Assembly (NCBI GenBank): GCA_964565875.1
Contig: CAZMGP010000016.1
Coordinates: 12,269 to 76,268 of the forward strand
DNA length: 64,000 bases
DNA from: an uncultured Enterobacteriaceae bacterium
GTDB lineage: Bacteria; Pseudomonadota; Gammaproteobacteria; Burkholderiales; SG8-39
Reading direction: 5' to 3'
Within the stretch, counting starts at the first letter, position 1. The number at the start of each line of letters is the position of its first letter. A program made the translations under genes and the position numbers. Positions 56,050-62,944 of this stretch are shown one piece after another. The notes under the pieces were generated by a model. The model searched no databases, was not told where the DNA came from, and saw only the letters and a program-made list of their open reading frames with translations.

Positions 56050-58148
56050 AAGTCCCTGCGCGCGAGCAATTGAACGAGCGCGCGCGAGCGTTTGAAATCG
56101 CCCTGCGTCTCGAGCGTGCGTCCGATATCCAGGCTCACGCTCGCCTTGCGGTAACGCCACTGCGCCTTCAGCGACTCCATCGTCCGGCGGCGCGGAATCG
56201 GGCTGCCGTTGTCGCTTTCGTAGCCCGCGTTCAAAGACAGATCGATACCGAACCAGTAGCGCGACCAGTAGCGCAGGTCATAGCCTTGGAGGTTCACGTT
56301 CTGCAGGGAGTTGGCGTAGTCGACGCGCATGCGCCGCGCCGACAGCCGAATGTTGCCGGTGCCGAAAAACGGCTCCTCCGACTGCACGTAGACGTCGCCC
56401 GACTGGCGCTTGTAGGGGGAAATGGTTTCGCGCCGGTCTTCGTGCTCCAGGTTGCCGCCGATGCTGATTTCGAAGCGCGCTTTCAGCGGCAGATCGGCGC
56501 GCAGGCCGTAGAGATTGCTCTTGATGGCATTCAGCGGAAAAGTCGGCGTGCCCGAAGTCAGGCGCGGCGCCGAATCGAAATAGCGGAAATAGACGCTGGC
56601 GTAGCTGAGCCAGCCCAGACTCAGATTCAGCGTCTGATCGGCCTGGTTGTAGGTGAAGCTGCCGCCGACGTCGTAAGCGTAATCCGCGAGCACGTCCTGC
56701 CCGTCGACGATCGCCCCGCCGATGAGCCGTTGCACCCGGGTCAGCGTGCCGATCACGGTCAGCGTGTAGTCGAAACCTTCGACATAGGTCTGCGTGCGCG
56801 TGGCGTTGGCGAGCACCAGGCTGCCGCTCGCCACATGCTGCTGGGCGAGCGCGACGAACGAAGTTCCGGCGAGCGTGAGGCGTTCGCCGATGATGCGTGC
56901 CTGTGTCGCCGCCGCCTGCTGCTCGCGCTGGTCGTAGCGCAAGCCGTAGCTCGCCAGCGCCGTGGTGCTACCCAGCTTCTCTTGATAGCGGACGGATCCG
57001 TCCGCGCCGCGGTTACGCGCGTCGAGTTGCTTGGTCCGATTATCGTCGGCGTGCACCCCGAGTGCGCCGGTCCACTCGGGGCGCGGCGCATAAGTCAAGC
57101 CGGCGGAAGCCGCGTGCGCCACCGAACTCAGATCGGCCTGATCGCTCGCTGCGTAATTGAGCAAGCCGAAAGTCTGCAATTCCTTGGAATGCCGGCCGCG
57201 CAGGTCGAGCAGGATCCGCTCGTCCTTCCGGTCCGGGATCGAAGTGCCGCCGGCGAGCGCGTAGCTTTGCGTGTTGACGGTGATGAGGTTGGTCAGGTCG
57301 TACTCGCGCGCGCTGCCGAATTGGAAGCGCGAATCGAGGTTGAGACCCTGATTGCTCGAATTCGACGCCTGAATCGGCAGATTCGGGCTGCCGCTCAACG
57401 ACGCCTGCTGCGTCGTCTGGAATTGCAGCTGGGTCGATCCCAGGCCACCGAAGCTGCGGCTCGCCCGCAGATTTACCCGGTCCACCTGATCGTCGACGAT
57501 GCGGTCCGCGCCGCGCCCTTGAAAATGCGAGCGCGTCGCATCGATGAACAGCGGTACCGGCGTCACCGGGGCGAGCAGCGAGAAATCGAAGCCGTAACGC
57601 GTGTTTTCCTGCGTCATCACCTGCCCCGGCGCGACGCTCACGGTCGGGTTGAGGTGATCGAAGAACAGCGATCCCTGATAGGGCTTGTCGTGCAGGAAAC
57701 TCGCGCGGCTGGTGAAATTGTAGAGGGTGCCGCGCGATTGGGTTTCGCCCGCATCCGAGACGAAACTGCCGTGCTGCAGGATCGGCCCCCCGCCGATATC
57801 CAGCGACAGCAGATTGGGATGATAGACATAGCTGTGCGTCATCAAGAACACTTCCTCGCGCATGTCCGACATGGCCTGGCGCGAGCGCGAACCGGCTGCC
57901 GCGCCCACCGCAGGCTGTTCGGTGGCGAAGTCGTCACGCAGGTAGCGCATGGTGACGTAGCCCTCGGTCCCGGTGATACGGAAAGGCGCGATCTGTTGCG
58001 CGACGCAAGGCCAGGCGCCGAGCGCGGCCATAGCGACTGCGACGCGAAATACACCGCTGATCGAGGCATGCTCGCATGTCAGGCTTCCTGCTCGTTGCGC
58101 CTCGGCGGCCGGGGCACAGAAGGACAATTCCGCTATGCGCGCCGTCAA
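56046..58148 (-). CDS. Large outer-membrane beta-barrel (porin-like) protein
   Basis: 700-aa ORF. Alternating amphipathic strand pattern throughout (YGFDFSL, LQFQTTQ, GIDLSLNAGYES) and a C-terminal ...LLARRDF with terminal Phe. The TTG start at 58148 overlaps the upstream stop. The N-terminus/signal peptide is uncertain. Confidence 0.7.
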   Translation of the reverse strand: MTARIAELSFCAPAAEAQRAGSLTCEHASISGVFRVAVAMAALGAWPCVAQQIAPFRITGTEGYVTMRYLRDDFATEQPAVGAAAGSRSRQAMSDMREEVFLMTHSYVYHPNLLSLDIGGGPILQHGSFVSDAGETQSRGTLYNFTSRASFLHDKPYQGSLFFDHLNPTVSVAPGQVMTQENTRYGFDFSLLAPVTPVPLFIDATRSHFQGRGADRIVDDQVDRVNLRASRSFGGLGSTQLQFQTTQQASLSGSPNLPIQASNSSNQGLNLDSRFQFGSAREYDLTNLITVNTQSYALAGGTSIPDRKDERILLDLRGRHSKELQTFGLLNYAASDQADLSSVAHAASAGLTYAPRPEWTGALGVHADDNRTKQLDARNRGADGSVRYQEKLGSTTALASYGLRYDQREQQAAATQARIIGERLTLAGTSFVALAQQHVASGSLVLANATRTQTYVEGFDYTLTVIGTLTRVQRLIGGAIVDGQDVLADYAYDVGGSFTYNQADQTLNLSLGWLSYASVYFRYFDSAPRLTSGTPTFPLNAIKSNLYGLRADLPLKARFEISIGGNLEHEDRRETISPYKRQSGDVYVQSEEPFFGTGNIRLSARRMRVDYANSLQNVNLQGYDLRYWSRYWFGIDLSLNAGYESDNGSPIPRRRTMESLKAQWRYRKASVSLDIGRTLETQGDFKRSRALVQLLARRDF

Positions 58149-59287
58149 CGGTTGAGCTTGGCCGTGGTCTTCGCCGACGCGCCGTCTTCAGCCGCGTAGT
58201 CCGCGCCGCGCATCTTGCCGAAACCGAAGACATCGACCTTGTTTTGGCCGAATTGGCTCACTACGAATATCAGGTATTGCAGATCGAATCCCGGTGCGGC
58301 GTAACGACGGAACGCCTCTACGTTGTCGTAGTCGATGGCGACCGCGGCGGGAAGATTCAATCCTTCGCGATTGTCGCCCGGCTGGCCGAAGAACAGCAGC
58401 AGGTGGCCGTCGTTGTCGAACACCTGCACGTTCTCGAAGGCCGAGTCGCCGACGTACAGGCGCCCCTCGCGGTCGATGGCGATGCCCTTCGGCCGGGAAA
58501 AATTGCCGCGTTCGTTGCCGATCTCGCCGTAGGCGCGCAGCGGTGCGCCGTCGGCGGTGAAGCGCTGCACGCGGAAATTGCTGGTTTCCACCACGTAGAC
58601 GTCGCCGTTCGGGCCGATGGCGATGTTGGTCGGATGAAACAGCTCTCCCAGCTTCGATCCCGCCTGGCCGAACGTGAACAGCAGCTTGCCCGAGCGCTTG
58701 TCCAATACCTGCACCTGATGGTGCTGGATGTCGACCACGTAGAGTCGCTCTCCCGCGATGGCGGTGTCCACCGGCTTGAACTGCTTATCGCCGCCGAATG
58801 CATTGACGAATCGGTCGTCGCGATCGAACACCAGCACTTGGTCACGGCCGGTGTCGGTGACGTACTTGGTGCCGTCGGCGTCGACAGTGATGTTGATCGG
58901 CCGCTTCATGCGGCCGCTCGGGGCGCCATTGACGAGGCTGAACGACTGCCGCGCGAGATCGAACACCGCCAACCCCGGCGCGCGGCTGTCGACGACGTAG
59001 AGCTTACCGTCGAACATCGCCACGCCGTAGGGCTGCTTGAGCTGCTGCACCTTGGCGTCGTCGCCGAGAACGAACTGCGCGAATCCGCTCGTCGCTGCGC
59101 CCAGGTCACGCTCGCCGCTGATGGTCTTGAGATGCTGGATGCGCGGAGCTTCCGGCGCCGGCGGATAGAACGTCGGTCCCTGGACACGCGGCGCCTCCAC
59201 CGGCGCCGTCGCGCATGCCGCGAGCAGCGCGACGAGGCAGACGCTCGCCGCACTCCGGCGCAAATTCATCGCGCGCATCCGGACCAT
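58145..59287 (-). CDS. NHL-repeat beta-propeller lipoprotein (paralogue)
   Basis: 380 aa with lipobox LLAAC and repeated LYVVDxxxxxVQVxD-type NHL blades. Confidence 0.85.
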   Translation of the reverse strand: MVRMRAMNLRRSAASVCLVALLAACATAPVEAPRVQGPTFYPPAPEAPRIQHLKTISGERDLGAATSGFAQFVLGDDAKVQQLKQPYGVAMFDGKLYVVDSRAPGLAVFDLARQSFSLVNGAPSGRMKRPINITVDADGTKYVTDTGRDQVLVFDRDDRFVNAFGGDKQFKPVDTAIAGERLYVVDIQHHQVQVLDKRSGKLLFTFGQAGSKLGELFHPTNIAIGPNGDVYVVETSNFRVQRFTADGAPLRAYGEIGNERGNFSRPKGIAIDREGRLYVGDSAFENVQVFDNDGHLLLFFGQPGDNREGLNLPAAVAIDYDNVEAFRRYAAPGFDLQYLIFVVSQFGQNKVDVFGFGKMRGADYAAEDGASAKTTAKLNR

Positions 59288-59298
59288 TGCTCTCGCTG

Positions 59299-59961
59299 CT
59301 ACTTGTTGTGGCAGGCCACGCAGATCTTGCTGCCCGCCGTGTCCATCTTCACCATGCCGGTGCCGTTGGCGCCGACGGCGAAAGTGTTATGCACGTCGTG
59401 GCAGGAGGAGCATTCCATCTGGCCGTTGAACAGCATCACCGAGGCCACGGTACCGGTCTTGGTCTGCGCTCCGGCGCCGATGGTCACGGTTTTCGTCGCC
59501 GGGTCGAACAGCGAGCCGTTGGCGTTGGCGAGCGTGGTGTCGTAGAGGAAACCGATCGGATGATCGTCGTTCAGGGCGGCGCCGCCGAGATTGTTCTTTG
59601 CGCTGATGGTCGTGGTGCCCACCGTGCCGCCGAAGCTGTCGACCGCCACTGTACCGTCGTGGCAGGACAGGCACAGCTTGGAGTTGCCCTCCGGCTGCCC
59701 CAGCGCTGCTTTCAATGTCGGGCTGCTGTAGAGCGTATACACCTGCGTCGTCACCGCGTGGTTCCACAGGGGCGCCGCGGACACCGAGGTATTGCTGTTG
59801 TGCGGCGTATGGCAGGTAACGCAGACCTTCTGTCCCGGGTTCCAGTTCGCGGTGGAAAAGTCGTGCGCCGATCCCGCCAAAGTGCCGGCGAAGCCGAACT
59901 GTGCCGCTAGCAGCAGTCCCGTCCCTGCGATCCATTTAACTGCGACTGTCAGTGATTTCAT
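59299..59961 (-). CDS. Tetrahaem c-type cytochrome, paralogue 1 (first gene of operon)
   Basis: 220 aa, SD GAGGAG, signal peptide. CVTCH, CLSCH, CSSCH, CVACH. Confidence 0.88.
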   Translation of the reverse strand: MKSLTVAVKWIAGTGLLLAAQFGFAGTLAGSAHDFSTANWNPGQKVCVTCHTPHNSNTSVSAAPLWNHAVTTQVYTLYSSPTLKAALGQPEGNSKLCLSCHDGTVAVDSFGGTVGTTTISAKNNLGGAALNDDHPIGFLYDTTLANANGSLFDPATKTVTIGAGAQTKTGTVASVMLFNGQMECSSCHDVHNTFAVGANGTGMVKMDTAGSKICVACHNK

Positions 59962-60116
59962 TTTCTTGCTCCTCTAGCTGGTCTGGCCACGGTGTCCAAT
60001 GCATTCCCGCTACGCGTCGTCTCACGCCAACGATGCTATCGAAGGCGCTCGCACTGTACGAAATGCGACTTTGAGTCGAAAGTAGGGCATTTGCCCATTC
60101 TTGCCGACCCGCAATC

Positions 60117-60133
60117 GTCGCGATAATCGCGAC
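60117..60133. promoter_or_regulatory. 17-bp perfect palindrome in the divergent intergenic region (candidate operator)
   Basis: GTCGCGAT-A-ATCGCGAC. A second 12-bp palindrome GGGCATTTGCCC lies at 60085-60096. Confidence 0.3.
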
Positions 60134-60243
60134 GCGCGGCGCCCGCGCTTTGCGCCCGTGCCGCGCGACGCATCGAATGCGCGGCGACGCCGCAGACTGG
60201 GCGAAGCAAACCGTGAAACGCTGCAAATAGCGAGCACCCGACC

Positions 60244-61137
60244 ATGAACTACGAAGCCACGCTGACTCAAGCGGCGGCCGCGCGCCGCCCGGACACCCCT
60301 GCACCTGCTGTCGACACGCCTGCGCCTGCGCAGCAGCCGAAGCGCGTACCGCCGTCCGCCGCGATCGCCGCCATGTCGACGATGCTCCTCGTCTGGGCGT
60401 GGAACGTGCACCACGCCGGCCTGTACCAATCGGGAAAGGGTCTCGGCTACGTTCTCGGCCTAGTCGGCGGCTCGCTGATGCTGGTGCTGCTCCTCTACCC
60501 GTTGCGCAAGCACCTGCGCGTCATGCACGAATGGGGGCCGCTCAAATATTGGTTTCGTTTCCACATGATCGCGGGCGTGCTGGGGCCGCTGCTGGTGTTG
60601 TTCCATTCGACCTTCCGCGTCGGTTCGCTGAACGCGGCCGTAGCGCTCGCCTGCATGCTGCTCGTTGTCGCGAGCGGGCTCGCCGGCCGCTTTCTCTACC
60701 GCAAGATTCACCACGGCCTGTACGGCAGCCGCGCGAGCCTGCAGGAATTGCAGCAAACCCTGGCGCGCGAACGCGAAGCGCTGTCGCATTTGCTCGCGCG
60801 CCTGCCGCAAGTCGAGCGCGAGATCGACCGCTTCGCCGCCCTGGTCGCCCACGAGCCGCAAGGCTGGTACCGGCGCTGGGCGCATTTTCTATCGCTGGGT
60901 GCGAAACGCGCACTCGCGGTGCACCGTGCGCGGCGCGCCGTAGCGGCGCACGGTGTCCGATCAGACCTCGCCGCCCTGCTCGTCACCATCGACGCCACGC
61001 TGAAAGCGGTACAGCGCACGGCGCAGTTCTCCACCTATGAGCGCCTGTTTTCCCTCTGGCATGTGGTCCACATTCCGTTCTTGTGCATGCTGGTCATCAC
61101 TGCCCTCATCCATGTCGTGGCTGTTCACGTTTACTAG
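60244..61137 (+). CDS. Integral membrane protein with two His-x13-His helices (candidate di-haem b electron conduit)
   Basis: 297 aa with about 5 predicted TM helices. FRFHMIAGVLGPLLVLFH and WHVVHIPFLCMLVITALIHVV carry His pairs with 13 intervening residues. Confidence 0.7.
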   Translation: MNYEATLTQAAAARRPDTPAPAVDTPAPAQQPKRVPPSAAIAAMSTMLLVWAWNVHHAGLYQSGKGLGYVLGLVGGSLMLVLLLYPLRKHLRVMHEWGPLKYWFRFHMIAGVLGPLLVLFHSTFRVGSLNAAVALACMLLVVASGLAGRFLYRKIHHGLYGSRASLQELQQTLAREREALSHLLARLPQVEREIDRFAALVAHEPQGWYRRWAHFLSLGAKRALAVHRARRAVAAHGVRSDLAALLVTIDATLKAVQRTAQFSTYERLFSLWHVVHIPFLCMLVITALIHVVAVHVY

Positions 61138-62923
61138 GTTCATCGCCGCCGCCGCTCATTTCGTAGTCGCCATCTTCTTCGCCGGCGCTGCGCCTGCCGC
61201 GGCGCAGATGCTCGAGTCGGCGATCATGCCGGGCGCGGTCATTCAAGGCCACATCAAGCAGGAATCCGATTGCAAGAACTGCCACGTGCGCTTCGACCGG
61301 GCGGCGCAGCCGCGACTGTGCCTGGACTGCCACAAGGAGGTGGCGCGCGACGTGCAGGCGAAGACCGGCTACCACGGGCGCCTGAAGGAGCGCGAGTGTC
61401 GCGGCTGCCATACCGAGCACAAGGGGCGCAATGCCCGCATCGTCGTGCTCGACGAGCATGCCTTCGATCACGCCCAGACCGATTTCCTGTTGCAAGGCAA
61501 GCACGCCAAGCTCGCCTGCTCGAGTTGCCACCGCCCGCGCGTCAAACATCGGCAGGCGCCCACTTCCTGCGTCGGCTGTCACCGCAAGGACGACAAGCAC
61601 AAGGAGACACTAGGCGCCAAATGCGAAAGCTGCCACAGCGAAAAGAGCTGGAAGGAGGCGCGCTTCGATCACGCCAAGACGCAGTTCCCGCTCGTCGAGC
61701 GTCACGCCAAAGTGAAGTGCGCAGAATGCCACGCCGACGCACAGCACTTTGCCAAAACCGCGCGCGATTGCATCGCCTGCCACCGCAAGGACGACAAGCA
61801 CAAGGCGACGCTGGGCGCGAAATGCGAGAGCTGCCACAGCGAAAAGTCGTGGAAGGAAACGCGTTTCGAGCATGCGAAAACGCGCTTCCCGCTGCTCCTT
61901 TCTCACGCCAAGGTGAAGTGCAACAAGTGTCACGAAGACATGCAGCATTTGGCGAAGACCGCGAGCGACTGCGCCTCTTGTCACCGCAAGGACGACGCGC
62001 ACAAGGGAGCGCTGGGCGCGAAATGCGAGGGTTGCCACAACGAAAGGACCTGGAAAGAGGCGATTCGCTTCGATCACGCACGCGACGCGCGCTTTCCGCT
62101 GCGCGACAAGCATCAGGCCGCCAAATGCCAAAGCTGTCACAAAGATGTCCGTTTTCGCGACAAGCTGCCGACTGCCTGCTTCGGCTGCCACGAGCGCGAC
62201 GATCGCGAGAAAGGGCACAAGGGCCGCTACGGCGAGAAGTGCGAGTCTTGCCATGCCGAGAAGGCGTTCAAATCCGTTACCTTCGAACACGCCCGCGACG
62301 CGAAATTCGAACTGAAAGGCAAGCATGCGCAGGCCAAGTGCGACACCTGCCACAGCGGCGTTCTCTACCGCGACAAGCTCAAGCAGCGCTGTTTCGCCTG
62401 CCACGAAAAGGACGACAAGCACAAAGCGCAGCTAGGGCCGGAATGCGATCGCTGCCATAGCGAGCGCAACTGGAAGGAAACCTCGTTCGATCACGACCGT
62501 TCCGCGTTCCGGCTGCTCGACAAACACAAGGGCTTGGAGTGCAAGAAATGCCATGCGAGCCCCGCGTTCAAGGACGCAAAGTCCGAATGCGCCTCCTGCC
62601 ACGCCAAGGACGACTTTCACAAGGAGCGACTCGGCCCCGGCTGCGGCCAATGCCATCGGCCGCAGTCGTGGAAGACCTGGGAGTTCGACCACAATCAGCG
62701 CTCGCGCTTCAAGCTCGCCGATGCGCACGTGCGCGTGAAGTGCCTCGCCTGCCACGTGAAGCCGGTGAAGGAGAAGCTTACGCTTGCCGTCGAATGCTAC
62801 AGTTGCCACCGTGAGGACGACATCCATTTCGACACCAACGGCCAAAAATGCGAGCGCTGCCACGTGCCACAGAACTGGCGCAAAACCGTCGGCGACGCAC
62901 TGCTGCCGAAGAAGGATCGCTGA
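61112..62923 (+). CDS. 24-haem periplasmic cytochrome c (eight tandem trihaem c7-type modules)
   Basis: Preferred ATG at 61112 with signal peptide MSWLFTFTRFIAAAAHFVVAIFFAGAAPAAAQ. I counted 24 CxxCH motifs in a repeating FDH...C..CH...C..CH..DD.HK..LG..C..CH pattern. Confidence 0.9.
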   Translation: MSWLFTFTRFIAAAAHFVVAIFFAGAAPAAAQMLESAIMPGAVIQGHIKQESDCKNCHVRFDRAAQPRLCLDCHKEVARDVQAKTGYHGRLKERECRGCHTEHKGRNARIVVLDEHAFDHAQTDFLLQGKHAKLACSSCHRPRVKHRQAPTSCVGCHRKDDKHKETLGAKCESCHSEKSWKEARFDHAKTQFPLVERHAKVKCAECHADAQHFAKTARDCIACHRKDDKHKATLGAKCESCHSEKSWKETRFEHAKTRFPLLLSHAKVKCNKCHEDMQHLAKTASDCASCHRKDDAHKGALGAKCEGCHNERTWKEAIRFDHARDARFPLRDKHQAAKCQSCHKDVRFRDKLPTACFGCHERDDREKGHKGRYGEKCESCHAEKAFKSVTFEHARDAKFELKGKHAQAKCDTCHSGVLYRDKLKQRCFACHEKDDKHKAQLGPECDRCHSERNWKETSFDHDRSAFRLLDKHKGLECKKCHASPAFKDAKSECASCHAKDDFHKERLGPGCGQCHRPQSWKTWEFDHNQRSRFKLADAHVRVKCLACHVKPVKEKLTLAVECYSCHREDDIHFDTNGQKCERCHVPQNWRKTVGDALLPKKDR

Positions 62924-62944
62924 GGAGCCGGGGCGCGCACGTCG

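Noticed and set aside
53102-58199. Long plus-strand ORFs (53102-55033, 643 aa; 54985-56073, 362 aa; 56070-58199, 709 aa; also 58076-59545) across the cytochrome operon
   Set aside because: They are antisense to genes with unmistakable CxxCH, NHL and beta-barrel signatures. Their translations are Arg/Ala-rich with no recognisable domains. They are high-GC artefacts.
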